From Octopus sinensis (Eukaryota), in contig NC_043014.1 in NCBI RefSeq assembly GCF_006345805.1, positions 17,608,001 through 17,672,000 of the forward strand: 64,000 nucleotides of DNA, read 5' to 3'. Every line of letters starts with the position of its first letter. The stretch's first letter is position 1. The notes under the pieces are model-generated. The model worked only from the letters and a program-made list of their open reading frames with translations, searched no databases and had not been told where the DNA came from. Both the position numbers and the translations under genes were made by a program. This document shows positions 41,478 to 55,439 of this stretch, one piece after another.

Positions 41478-41710
41478 ATTTCTTTACTACCCACAAAGGG
41501 CTAAACACAGAGAGGACAGACAAGGACAGACAAACGGATTAAGTCGATTATATCGACCCAGTGCATAACTGGTACTTATTTAATCGACCCTGAAAGGATG
41601 AAAGGCAAAGTCGACCTCAGTGGAATTTGAACTCAGAACGTAACAGCAGACGAAATACGGCTATGCATTTCGCCCGGTGTGCTAATGTTTCTGCCAGCTT
41701 GCTGCCTTAA
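41478..41710 (-). mobile_element. Full-length SINE family B (tail type 2)
   Basis: Reverse complement closely matches the split copy at 60800-61650, including the ..GTGGGTAGTAAAGAAATA tail. Confidence 0.9.
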
Positions 41711-43066
41711 ATACATTTATACATACTGACAGACAGACATGGTGATTGCACCACCATCACAGATGATTACCATCACTTTGTGCTGCCTTGTTGTCAATAG
41801 CACTTCTGACTTTCCATCCATGACCTCTCAGATGACTATTCAGTCCTGCTGCAGATCTGCATGATTTGAAGCATGGGTGACAGACCAAAGTTTATAACTT
41901 GCTGTACACCTCCAGCTGGTTAGGTCTGCACATGTTGCCGCTCTTCCCATGCCATAGTACTTTCAGTGGAGGAAACGACAAAGTCTGCATAAAGAGACAG
42001 CTATACATCATTAGATGATAGTGATAAATGCTTGTACAACACAAGTACCATACTCTAAGTCTCTATAATTAATACCTAGTGACAGGCTGAAATGAGGTGA
42101 CCAGTAATCACATGAAACTGCAGGCTTTACAAAAGAGTGTCCCTCTCCGAGAAGGATGCTGTGATGACTCATGGTGGTTTACATACATTTCTTTTATTTT
42201 TTTACATCAGTCATTGGATTATGGCAGTCCTGGGGTACCACCATGAAGGGTTTAGTCAACCAAATCAACCCTAATATTTTTTTTTAAGTCCGGTACTTAT
42301 TCTCAATGTCTCGTTTGCCAAATTGCTATGTTACAGGAATATATATATGGCGTTAGGAAGGGCATCCAGCTGTAGAAACACTGCCAGATCAGATTGGAGC
42401 TTGGTGCAGCCTTTTGGCTTCCCAGACCCCGGTCAGACCGTCCAACCCGTGCTAGCACGGAAAACGGACGTTAAACGATGATGATGATGATGATGATGAT
42501 ATATATATATATGTAAGAATTTTTTGTGTAATAAGATAAAAAAACCAAGGCTGTATGCTCTAATATCAATACAGCCTTGGTTTTTTTATCTTATTACGCA
42601 AAAAATTCTTATATACACACGCTGACATAGAACCAACGTTGAACCCTTTATTCACAATATTACCGAATCTGGAACTTAACTATGGTCTGTCTATAGCACT
42701 TATTCAGCATTACTGGACACCTTTGGGTGTCAATGACACCATTATCTCTTATATATACATATGTATGTATTTATAGTTATATTTACCTGAGTGACTCATG
42801 TTCTGATAGTTGTGTGTTGGCACTTAGGATACTTTGAGTCACTCTGTTACTTCTACTAAGTATTAATAAAAATACACATATACTCATACACTCATATTTT
42901 GAGTTAAGCTCCTTTCAGTTTCTGTCTGCTAAATCCATTCACAATGCTTGGTTGTAGTAGAAGACACTTGCCAAAGGTGCCGTGCAGTAAGACTAAACTC
43001 AGAAGCATGTGACTGAGAAGCAAATTTCTTACCACATAGCCATGCCTATATATATATAGGCATGGC

Positions 43067-43109
<43 letters not shown>

Positions 43110-43885
43110 TCATCATCATCATCATCATCATTTAACGTCCGCTTTCCATGCTAGCATGGGTTGGACGGTTCAACTGGGGTCTGGGGAGCCCGAAGGCTGC
43201 ACCAGGCCAGTCAGATCTGGCAGATATATATATATATGCATACACCACACATATATAAATATGGCTTGCAGGACGGCCTGCTGTGCTAACCTTGGATCGT
43301 AGGATGACCCGCTGTGCTTGAGGAGACCTATTGAGTCAAGTACATCAACATTTATTTATGCATGTGTGTGGTTTTGTCAAACAAATTTAACAGTGTATTG
43401 ATCAATGTGAAGCTGTATTACAGTAGTTCTTTACTAGGCTTCATATGACCCTTGAGGGTCATTATCAATCTTGGGAGTCCATTATAAGATTTGGTTGTTA
43501 ATAATTAGGTGCAATAAATTGGTTATACTACTACAATACACAAAATATTTAAACTAATTGTTTTATACAATGCTACACAGTCAGACAGAGAAATGGGATG
43601 CAAGCAGACATCAAACTTTGTGTAGGCATTACCAGCATTTTGCATGGTCATTGCTGCTTAATTTTCTGCATGCACCACAGGGGCAGACTGAGACTATTAA
43701 GAGCCCTTGAGCATAACTGTTTACTGGGTCACTTAACATTGATATCAGTAGAGTTAACATGTAGAGTGCAGGCCCCTCAGAGCTCTGGGCCCTTGGGCAG
43801 TGCCTGACTGACCAATAGCTCAGCCCACTCTTGGTGCACCATGTTCTTAATGTTCAGTGATGGTCTACCTTGGTGAAGTGTGGAC

Positions 43886-43928
<43 letters not shown>

Positions 43929-44441
43929 TGTGTGCGCGTGCGTGTATGAGTGTAGGTATATCATCATTCATCATCATCATTTAATGTCTGCTTTCCATGC
44001 TGGCATGGGTTAGACAGTTTGACTGGAACTGGTAAACCAGAGAACTGTATCAAGATTCCAGTCTGATTTGGCATGGTTTCTACAGCTGGGTGCCCTTCCT
44101 AATACCAACCACTCTGAGAATGTTTCTTACCACTGCAATCTTGCAGAAGAGAACTGTTACAGCTTCATTATGGCTGTTCATTTATATCCACTCAAATGCA
44201 TGTGGTCTCTTATTTGTTGTTAGGTTTTCTACTTTGTTTCTCTTGGTTGTTTCTTATCGTCTGTTTCTTGTTTAACTGTTTTAGTCATTTACTGTCCCTT
44301 GTTGGTAACTAAGGTTTACTTTCATTAAATTTGTTTGGTTTGGGTTTTGTTTAGATGCTTGTATTTTTGTGTTCCTTATTTTTACTGTTGCTTATCTCAT
44401 CTTGTTATATATTTGTTGAATTCATCTGGTGACCTCTTTAA

Positions 44442-44664
44442 CCCATTTAGTCCCCAGAGTACTTAAATATCTGAATATTACTTTTAAATTTTTACAAATG
44501 ATTGAAAATAGGTTAAAATGAAAAAAATAATTATTAAAACTCCTGTACTTCAAGTAGAAATGGAAACACTTGGTGTCCTATAAATATGACACTGAGACAA
44601 TGTGATATAGCTTATTTAATGTTCTCATTTAGTGTCCTATTTATAGGACAGTGAATTTAATGGG
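44442..44664. mobile_element. piggyBac-like MITE
   Basis: TTAA|CCCATT ... AATGGG|TTAA. Confidence 0.55.
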
Positions 44665-45731
44665 TTAAGGGCTTGCTTAATTGTGAAGCATCTATGTTGT
44701 GTTTGTTTTGTTTCTCTCATCAAAGGCAGAGTATTTCTGGAGAAATTTGTCCCCAAGAAAGTTTTGCATTTCATGGGTCCATATTAGGGTTCACAGTTGA
44801 GTGATATTTAATTGGTTGCTTCCAATATGTATTCCTATGTTCTTTTATCTGTGTTTCAATTTTGTTTTGGCTAAGATTAAAAGATTTAATGAATTTATGT
44901 GTGGCAGTATATTTTGTAGTCCATGAGACCTGGTGTATCAATTACGTATGGTTGGGTAATTGTTAAGACTTGTCTTTATCTGGGGTATTGTAAACTTTAA
45001 TGTAGGTCAAATGTTCTTGTGGCCATCAATGCTTCTTTTTTCTTTGAATGTGTTGAAACTAGCTTCCTTGGTGACTGTTTTATCCCTTTTGGAGTGCAGA
45101 CCGTTTAGTTAAGATGAATTTGTTTTGGTGAATAGTGTGAAATAATCTCTTGTCTATTGAGATTAATGTTTAATTTTTCAGTGATTCACAGTGAGCATGT
45201 TCTAGAACTATTTTTATGTACAAGGGCGCACAGACTATTAATTACTATGTAACATGTATTGCAAGATAAATATTCAGAACAAATGATCCATATAACTTAC
45301 ACATATTAAATACTTACTTCTTTGTTTGTTCAAGAAATACTGTTTTGCATGCAACTGTGAGTACATACAAATACACACACAGATGGCTATGTGGATTAAG
45401 ACTTATTTTATAACCACATGGTTTTGAATTCAATCCCACAGTGTGACACCTTGGGCAAGTGTTTTCTACAATAGCTTCACATTAACAATACCTTGTGAAT
45501 GAAATTTGGTTGACTGAAACTATACAGAAGTCTGACGTATATGTGTGTATGTGAATATAAATGTATGTACAGGTATTTGTCTGTCTCTTTACAATGAAAA
45601 CACTTAGGCAACAGTGACATTTGTTATGTCCAATAAGAATAGTGATTCGCAGTTCTGTATGTGAGTGTGTGTGTGTGTGCGCATGTGTGTATAGGTTTGT
45701 ATATATGTATGCATAGGTGTGTATATATATA

Positions 45732-45791
<60 letters not shown>

Positions 45792-45886
45792 TTGTAAAAA
45801 GTGAAGTTCGAAAATGCTGCTGTATTATACAATTTTTAATTTTTATATATACATTATAACATGTTTCAGTTCCTGAAATGAACCTT

Positions 45887-45953
<67 letters not shown>

Positions 45954-46049
45954 TATATATATATAGTGTCTCAATATACTGTTTTATGGTACACCACATT
46001 CCAGAAAAATCAAGGAGAATGATGCCTCTTAACCCATGAAACATTCACA

Positions 46050-46400
46050 ATGAGTTTCTGTGATGTCTGCTGGGTCTTGAATATCTGAGACCTTAAAGAA
46101 GAACTGTGATACCATTCCATGGCATGAACCCATGTTTCTGGATCATAAACATATGTTCACATTTCATTCCCTCCCTTCAGATCAGAAAGAAAATGTGTCT
46201 TCATTGGTTTCAAAAACATCCATCAGACCAGAACATACTTCTAACCTTCTCTTATTCAAATTGTGTAATAACTGATAAGGTGTCCCCCACTTTACATACA
46301 CTTACTGATTCTCAAAGTCTTCCACCATCTTCTGCAATCCATTGTGATCTAAAACCCAGTTGTGCAGTAAGCACAAAGATTGTGGCTTGTCTGTCTGTGT
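46050..46400 (-). pseudogene. Mariner transposase remnant
   Basis: Minus strand encodes YDPET followed by a W.H.SS-like stretch of the mariner catalytic domain N-terminus. Confidence 0.55.
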
Positions 46401-46598
46401 AAATTATTTAGTCCAATCACTAACACTTGGTGTCATGGATCACAATTACTGGTCCCCCACTATGTGGCTTGTCTTTCATGCTGGTTTCCTCTTCTTTAAT
46501 CTTCTTCATTTATCTGTGCACATTGTTCTTGTCAATGGTGTCATCTCCTGAAACAACCTATGTCAGATAATTAAAAAAAACATTATAACTACTTGTGC

Positions 46599-46810
46599 AG
46601 GAACTTGTTAAATTTCTTCCAACCACTTGAAGTATTTCAAATTCTCACCAGATTGTATTTTAAGAAAATGTAGCTATGCATGCTGATGACAAAAATCGCA
46701 TTCATTTTTTAAAAATCTAGAAATTGAAAATAAAGAAGTTACGTAAGTGAAGAAAATTTTTAAAAAATCTGAAATACCTTAAGTGTTAGGAAGAAATTTA
46801 ACAAGTTCCT
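46599..46810. mobile_element. MITE with about 45-bp TIRs
   Basis: AGGAACTTGTTAAATTTCTTCC is perfectly inverted at both ends, with an imperfect extension. No TSD resolved. Confidence 0.75.
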
Positions 46811-47035
46811 CTTTTGCATTACTGTTGATACAGCTGTCATCTATACATATGTATGCTAATACACACTGGCACACATACAAGCACACATGCGCATACACAC
46901 ACACACACACATTCTTTTATTCTTTTAATGATTTCAGTATAACTTATGTATACACATAAATGCATACATACAAACATGTGTATATGTATGTATGTATGTA
47001 TGTATATATATATATATGTATGTATATATATACAC

Positions 47036-47067
<32 letters not shown>

Positions 47068-48570
47068 ATATATGTATGTATGTATATATATATACACATA
47101 TATATATGTATGTATGTGTATATATATATACACACATATGTACATATGTACATATGTGTGTGTATATATATATATACACACACACACACATATATATGTG
47201 TGTGTGTACATGTACACACACACACACACACATACACACACAAACACACATGACTATTGTGTTGATGCTTGTCAAAACAGATAAAGATAAAGAGACCAAA
47301 GAAATTGGAATTTCATGGCAACCATAACAAAACATCTATAGCAAGATTCGTTGCTATTGACAACAAATATATTTTCCACAAATGGCCAAAACAAATCAGG
47401 ATTCCGTCTGCAGCTTAGCTTTTTCTGAGTTACAATATAAAAGGTAGTTCAATTTATTTAGTGTAGATGTGTGTGCATATATGTGTTTTGTTGTTGCTGT
47501 TCATGCTTAATCACATTTGTGACCATTCTGTCATATTTTTAGACAGTGTATCTTAAAGTATGGTAAAGTTTTACTATTACACTCATCATATGAAATAGAT
47601 AGAATAGTAAAAATTTATTGGAAAAGTTCATGGAAATGGTGAGGCAAAAGTCCCATAAAAAATTCTTATATTTTAGACCGAAAATTCTTTCACAGTAAGA
47701 ATAATCACCCAATTTCTTGTTCTTTTTTCTCTCTCCTTATTTAGAAAGGATCAGAGTTTGGAGACTAGTCTAATAGTAAAGAATTACATTGTCTTATTTG
47801 GCTTTCCTTTACTTTTTCTAAAGATAGTAGTATATGATTTCAGGGATATTTAGCTTTTACAACAATTACCTCTAACCAGCAGTTCCAACCAGCATTAATA
47901 CTATCAGAGAATGTCTTGGTTCTTTTAATCCACATTGTAATATTGTTATATTGGAAACTGGTACTTATACTATATCTACATTTTGAGTTGCTTGACCATT
48001 TTGTTCTTATTAAGTCTTCATCTACTTTACCCTCTCCTCTATAAACTCACCTTTTTGTCATATTCATTGTACTATGCCCTTGGATCTGTCCCTATTCAAT
48101 ACCCTCTACCATCTCCCTTCTGTACTGATAGCCATAACTCTATCACACCTGATCACTCACTATTGGTATCCTCCATTCCTCTCTATCACTGTCCATCATT
48201 TGTCCTCTCTCACACCACCATCCATCCATCTTTATTGCAATCCATCACTTTCTCATGTTACTCCTTTCCTTATCACTCATTATTGTCATACATCACCTTG
48301 TCTCCTCACCTCTTTCTCTCTCACCAGTCTCTCAATCCCAATATTCTGTCTCCCTCCTCATGGTTTTCATTCCAAATCACTCTACTCAATTGTTTTTTTT
48401 TTTATTTAATCCCTTTACTAGCAAACAACAACAGATAGCTACCATCAGTCTCCCTTCTCCATCACTCTCTACCACCCTCTTATTCCTATCCCTGTTTGTT
48501 CTATCATACTTCAATAGGGACATGTCAGAGGCATATGAAAGAAAGAGGAAAGATGGTCTACTTACTATCA

Positions 48571-49041
48571 CAGGTTGGACAGATTGTTAGAGTCCAAGTC
48601 AGTTTTTATTTGGAGTTCCTGCTCTCATAGACAGATTAGCAACATTCCAGTTTTGTTGTTCATACTGATGCCAACCACTATACTGTGTATATTTTAATGT
48701 GGCACCATTACCAGAGAGGCTGCCTTGTTCTCAACAAGACTAAAGTGTACCCACTGCTGTATATTGACTCTTCTCATTCAATACAACATAACTGTCTCTT
48801 CTATTCATTCTGTCAGTTATGTTGTATTGAAAGAGACAATATAGAGCAGTGAGTATACTTTAGTCTTGTTGATAACAAGGCAGCCTCTCTGATAATGGTG
48901 GTGCATTAAAATGTACACGCAGTACACACAGTACAGTAGTTGGCATCAGGAAGAGCAACAAAACTGGAATGTTGCTAATCTGTCTGAGAGCAGGAACTCT
49001 GAATAAGAACTGACTTGGACTTTAATAATCTCTCCAACCTG
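48571..49041. mobile_element. Foldback element (about 225-bp arms, 19-nt spacer)
   Basis: CAGGTTGG ... CCAACCTG ends; arms align along their full length with scattered mismatches. Confidence 0.85.
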
Positions 49042-49249
49042 TTATAGTATAGAAAGTAGACATAAGATTATGATGACGATGATGTAATATGCTTTTTTCC
49101 TCTTTTATCCATGCAACAATCACACCAACCTGGGTGCAGCTGTAACCACAGTAACTATTTTGTTTTAATATTTGCTGAGGATTTGCTTTTCTCTCTCATC
49201 TTTCCTCTTTCTCTCATATGCTTCTGATATATCCCAATGAAGCATTTTC

Positions 49250-50460
49250 CGCGTCTTCCTCCAAATCATGCATCACTGCTCTGCTATCCTTTCTAAGACC
49301 TATGCCAACCAGGTAGGGTCCTAGAAGCCCTGCCATTGTGCCTCACACAATTTCCTAAATCTTTCATATTTTTAACCATCCTCTCATGCTGCTTTCTGAA
49401 GTTACCATCTGCTCAACAATAGTACTTTTTTGTCAAATTAGACAATACCATAAGGTCAGGGTGCTGCTTCATTATTGCAATAAGTTTTGGGAACACAAAC
49501 ACTTTATTTAAATTCATCAGCACCTTCTAGTTATTAGTGATCAGAAATTTTTCTCATAATGTTCTTTTTTTTATACCCTTGCATTATCCTCTTTTGCCCT
49601 TCCTCTAGAAGGCAACAGGGTGCAACTTGATGTTGATCCACATTGCATTGTTGTTTTAAGGCCTCAACAAGCATACTCAAGGCATTGTTATTCTGCCAGA
49701 TTTACTGTGTAGCAGGATAACGTGCATGCTACTGGAACATTTGCCAGTGATGCCTAGGCTCTGCACTAATGATGACCAAGTCTCAGTTCAACCTTTCTCA
49801 GGAGAAATTAATCTTAGCTAGCTCCATTTTCTGCAACATACCACATGACAAGTTCCATTACATGTTTCCTATGTGCATTTGCTTTCTAACCATGCAGTTT
49901 TAATCATACACACTCATCTTTGATATCTTCCTGCTTTTGTTACTCTGGTGACATATTCATTTGTTCCATATCTTTCTCAGAGTTGCTTGTGAATTCTGCA
50001 TGTATGCCCTCTTTGATTTGATTTTTAGGCTGGTTTTGACCTCAGCATTTTTTCTCATACTCCATTTCATTCCTGTCAGCACTATTGGCTGGACTTCTTG
50101 AACACTGAGATTCACTGAACCCCAGAGCATCATGTGCTAACAGGCTTTTGCTAACTTAAACTCCTCCACTATTGATGTTAAAGACATGTAGTTTTGTAGT
50201 AGCAAAATGCATCTACCTTTAATCCAAAATGGAGAACCAAGCCACTTTCGTAGAACCTTACTAGCACACTTGCCTATTCTATCCACTATTGTGAAAGGTA
50301 TTTCATGCATTTGGCAAGGCCATGTAAGCCTTGGTAAATGGCTATGTTCACAACTTTACATCTTAAACTTGCATGCCAAACCACAGTTCTCAAGGGTAGT
50401 CAGTACTTTTCTCAACATGACTTCAATCTCAATACCAGCTCTTGGTATCATCTAAAGCAG
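49250..50460 (-). mobile_element. Degenerate Hero-like (R2 group, RLE-encoding) non-LTR fragment
   Basis: LRKWLGSP...LTSIVEEFKLAK (post-RT region), SVYD, and RPDL-like RLE region on the - strand. Confidence 0.7.
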
Positions 50461-50751
50461 TGCTTCTCAAAGTGGATCATACTGCCTCCTGGTTGGTGAA
50501 AGGAAAGGAAAATTTTATATAGGTACTGAAGAGAAAGGAAGCTGTAAGAGTTGGGGTGTTAGGTGAATAGGTACAGTGTAAAAAAATTTTTTTAGCGTTT
50601 GTCTCCTGTTTATGTATTAACTTTAAAAAAAAACTGTTTAAATGTAATATCATATAAACTGTTTATTAGCTGTATTCAGAACAGCAGCATAAATAATAAT
50701 GGATAGACTTTGAAATGTAAATAAGTGAATAAACAAAACTAAATTTATATA

Positions 50752-50912
50752 GGCGCAGGAGTGGCTGTGTGGTAAGAAGCTTGCATCTCAACCACATGGT
50801 TCTAGGTTTGGTCCCACTGTGTGGAACCTTGGGCAAGTGGCTTCTGCTATAGCCTCAGGCCTGACCAAAGCCTTGTTAGTGGATTCAGTGGATGGAAACT
50901 GAAAGAAGCTCG

Positions 50913-50964
<52 letters not shown>

Positions 50965-51190
50965 ATATGTATGTATGTATTTTTGTGCTTGTGTTTGTCC
51001 CCCTGCCATCACTTGACAACTGATGTTGGTGTGTTTACATCTCTGTAACTTTACGGTTCGGCAAAAGAGACTGATAGAATAAGTACTAGGCTTATAAAGA
51101 ATAAGTCCTGGGTTGATTTGTTTGACTGAAGGTGGTGCTCCAACATGGCCACAGTCAAATGATTGAAACAAGTAAAAGAATAAAAGAATA
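50752..51190 (+). mobile_element. Full-length CORE-type SINE (family A), CpG-decayed
   Basis: GGCGCAGGAGTGGCTGTGTGGTAAGAAGC head to AAAAGAAT tail. Confidence 0.92.
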
Positions 51191-52689
51191 TCATCTATAA
51201 ATGCAAATTATAAACAATAAGCAAGAGTATAATTTGAGAAGCATGTCAAAATTTGTGGTTATCTCCATCTACATTATGATGGAGATAGCTGCTTATTAAT
51301 TAGGTATGTAAGAGTTACTAAAAGAAAGCAATTATTAAAGGCTTGACCATCTAGAAATTTTTTTATAAAATCATGTTCCAAGAAATTTCCTTTAACTTCG
51401 ATTTCTGAAGTTTATTGAATATTTGAACTATACGTTTTTCACAGAATTAAATATTCATTGCAGGCGAAATTTTCTGTTTTTGTTTGTAACAGTTTCTCAC
51501 TCTCTTTTGCTTCTATTTTCATTAATGATAATTTAATATATATTCATTTTAATGTTTTGATTTCAAGTTTTAATTCACTATTTGAAAACCTCACAATTTA
51601 TTCTATATATATAATGTAAAAAAAATTATTGAATGAATGAATGCTATTAGACAAAATAACTGTATAACTTTGTTAAATGAATATTTTTGATAAAATTTTT
51701 TTCATATACCAGTATGAAGTGAGTTTGTTGGTATGACTGTTTGGAATGCTATAAGCCTTACAATAATAATTATGTGATTGCTGCTATTTCTATCATGCTA
51801 AACGTAGCTGGGTTACCTTGAAGTTTGTTTAAATTAGAGATAAATTACTGAAAGAAATATTTACCAATCAAGTGAGATTTTTTATTAATTGAAGTTTTCA
51901 GAAAAATTTACTTTTTGAACTTCCTTTAATTATTGAATATTTCAAGTTCACAAATTTAAATATTTGGTGCAGTTTTTAGTGAGCTTTTATTTATACATGT
52001 TTATTTCATTCATTGCTTGTAGTGTTCTCTCTCCTGCTCTCTCTCTCTCTCTCTCACACATACACACGTACATCTTTTGGTTATGCATTTGTTGTTTCTG
52101 ATATTAGAGCCATATCACCTGAAGAATTGAACACATGAACTATGATCCACCTGATGTCCATGGATACTACAGACTGTACAGTAATCATCCCAGGAATATG
52201 GACTATGATCATAAGAAACATGTGATTCGTGGAAATGTGCTACTAAAAGGAAGTTTGTGATAGTTGAAAAAGTTGGGAAAGTACTGATCTACAGGTGTTT
52301 TGTATGGAATGACATAACTGTAATAGCTCAGCCAGCCTTAACAAGAGAGTTAATGCTTCTCTCTTTGTTTCCACACATGAAGTAAGATCAATTGCAAACA
52401 CTTGCAGTAGTGAGGGTACCATAAATCTTATATTCATTCATTTTGAATTATTCTTTAAATTTCTGAATACTGATTCCATAGCCATCACAAAGAGGAGTGA
52501 AAGAAAAGTACACTCTGCCATGATGTCTATTTTTCACTCATTCCAGTTACTTGTAAATTCTTTGGTTGGGAAACTGCACAAATGCTAATTCAAGTTATGT
52601 GTTAGAAATTCCTTTACTCTTCTTGGAATTTAAAAACATATAAAACTCAATGCTTTATTTATCAGTATGTTGTATACTGATCCTTATAC

Positions 52690-52850
52690 ATTTGCCAGAT
52701 CAATCCAAACATCCTGCAGGGCTTTTCTTCCATTCCTAGCATACTGAATGATCTGGGAATGCTTAAGCTCATCTGGGGATCCTGGGAAACTGGCTTTCTG
52801 GACTGATGTGTTTATGAGTTTATTCGGTATGAGGAACCCTGTCACCTATA
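52690..52850 (-). pseudogene. Hero/R2-group reverse transcriptase fragment
   Basis: INTSVQKASFPG..ELKHSQIIQYARNGRKALQDVWIDLANV, matching the QKG..G..GC.EH ... VWLDLANAYG RT motif. Confidence 0.7.
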
Positions 52851-52889
52851 TCACCATCACTCCATAAAACACTTTACTCTCTACACTGG

Positions 52890-53100
52890 TTTCAAATTTT
52901 GGCACAAGGTCAGCAGGTTTGAGGGAAGGGGTAAGTCAATTACATTAACCCTAGTGCTCATCTGGTATTAATTTATTGACCCCAAAAGGATGAAAGGCAA
53001 AGTCGATCTCAGTGGAATTAGCACTCAGACTGCAAAGACATGACATGCTGGTAAACATTTTGCCCAGCATGCTAAGGATTCTGCCATCTCACTGCCTTAA
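52890..53100 (-). mobile_element. SINE family B
   Basis: Reverse complement of the family B body and tail. Confidence 0.8.
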
Positions 53101-53646
53101 ACTTTACTCTCTACATTAATGAGATACATTGGGTGGAGCTAGTTAATTGATGATGTCCTCACTTCATTTGGTACCTGCAGGTCCTCTAGAAAGCACTAGT
53201 CTTGTATTGTAATTTCTTTTCCACATGCTCACTGCAATAGATTTTCCAATAGTGTGAGGAAGTCAGGGCAGTGTTTGTAACTCTGGTACAAGATACCATT
53301 GTTATTTGGGGTATTTTTGGACTTTGCCTTCTTCACAGACATCTTGGTTGAGAGATTAGAAAGGTTGAGATTTGAACTCAGAATGTAAAGGGAGCTGGAA
53401 TAAAATTGCAACACTAACAATTTTCACCAGTCTACTATTCTAACAATAATAATGATGATGTTACTCCTACTGCTGCTACTACTACTTCTACTATTACTAC
53501 TACTATTACTGATGATAATGATTGTTTTTTTTTCTTTTTGTAGATTGTCTATTTTGCTCCTGCTTCAATTCAGATCAGGAACTGTTAAAAGAGAAAGAAA
53601 AATAAACTTTAAATTTACCTTTAGAGAGATTCAAGCATCATAAAAC

Positions 53647-53874
53647 ATGGCTGAACTTTGTCCTGGACTTCTTTGGGCTGTTGTCTGGTTTCTTCTGCTC
53701 ATATTTGTTGGTTGGCCCTTGGGATTTATGATTGCATTTCTGTACATCTTTCTCTTACCATTTGGAGTCTGCTTGGAACCTATAAAAGGTGTGTGTGATG
53801 CATTGCTGAAAGTGGTTCAATTTCCACTGACCTTTGCTGAAAACATGGTTGCTATGAAATCACCCTGCGGATGA
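53647..53874 (+). CDS. 75-aa small hydrophobic (probable membrane) protein of unknown function
   Basis: Clean ORF with AAAACATGG start context, acceptor TTTTTCTTTTTGTAG| at 53543 in the 5' UTR, non-repeat composition, long N-terminal hydrophobic stretch (W..W..GWP..PF..C.EP..C..LLK.VQFP), and AATAAA near 54275. Confidence 0.8.
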   Translation: MAELCPGLLWAVVWFLLLIFVGWPLGFMIAFLYIFLLPFGVCLEPIKGVCDALLKVVQFPLTFAENMVAMKSPCG

Positions 53875-54098
53875 AATGCTTGCTGTCTTGACCACTACAA
53901 GAAATGGCCACAGCAAGGAATAACCACAAGAAGAAATGGCCACCAGCTTAAAATAATCACAGAACAAAAAATATATAAAAAGAAAATGGCTACAAGGACA
54001 AAAATTAAAAAGTAAATTACATGAAGTCAAATTAAAAGTTTTTATATATATGCATATTATATATATATATATACACACATATACATATATATATATGC

Positions 54099-54165
<67 letters not shown>

Positions 54166-54184
54166 TATATATATACATATATAT

Positions 54185-54241
<57 letters not shown>

Positions 54242-55439
54242 GGGATGTTAAGAAATTAATTACAATAATCATGTGAATAAATAATTATCAGTTAACAAGT
54301 GGACGAAAAATTTTGAAAGATAATAAGAAGACTTGATTGAAAATTCAATACAAAGTTAATTATGCAATACTAGTTATTAAGTATTGAAGGCTGGTAGATG
54401 CTAGAATCAGTTGAGTGCTGGCAAGATGGATTTCTCTAATTAATAACATCCCTTAATGTTTTATAGTTCAAAATCTACCGAGCTTGACTTGACTGTCTTT
54501 CACCTTTCTGAGGGAAAGAGCAAGGAAAGAGGGTCGATGAGATAGTAACTGGACTGAATTCATCTTCCCATAAAATTTGTGTTCTTGTGCCTGCCTACGT
54601 TCAATATCATTAATATGACATTAATTAATCATAGGAATAATATTTAAAAAAATAACTTTTGGTTAATCCATCTTAATGATAAATTTACTAATCAAAAATT
54701 GATATGTAATTAATTAATTAAATGGCATTTCATCAGTTAAGGATTAACTAATTAATTAATCATAGCCTAAAAATGATAAATCAATAAGTAATTAATTATT
54801 AATTAATATATAATGTGTTAATTTGATTAATTACCTGCTAAGTAATTGTTAATGATTATTGTTTAATTAATTATTAATTCATTGCTATTATAAAGCAATT
54901 AATTAATATTTAAATAGTTATAAATTAACAAATTACAAGTTTAAATACTTTCAGCTAATACTAATTTACAATTTATAGATAAGTATTGCTGTAGTTTTAC
55001 TGAGTTTTAAAATCACATACAATTAAATAATCAATAACCTATGAAATGAAATACAAACAAGTACATCAATATATTCACATTTTCGTATCATCCTGGTAAA
55101 TCTGTCAAGTAAAGAATCTTGAATGTGTTTTACAAAGTGTTGTCTTATTTTCTTTTTTAAAATATGATTTTGATGGGAGATGGGGGTGGGGAGTTGGAGG
55201 TTGAAGTAGTGACTATATTTGGGTACTTTTGTTTAGAGGATCCTGGTGTACTGGAAATTGTAGCACATTTAACAAAATGCCTTATTTGTTTGTTGTGGAT
55301 ACATTAACTGTAATGTTTCTTGGTGTCTTTCAACATCAGATACCTTCACTCAGGAGACCCAGCTAGAGTGGGATCAAGCTCTAGCATTTGTCCAGTTAGC
55401 ATCACATTTAGTAGCACTCCCTCGGGACAGTGGGATTAG

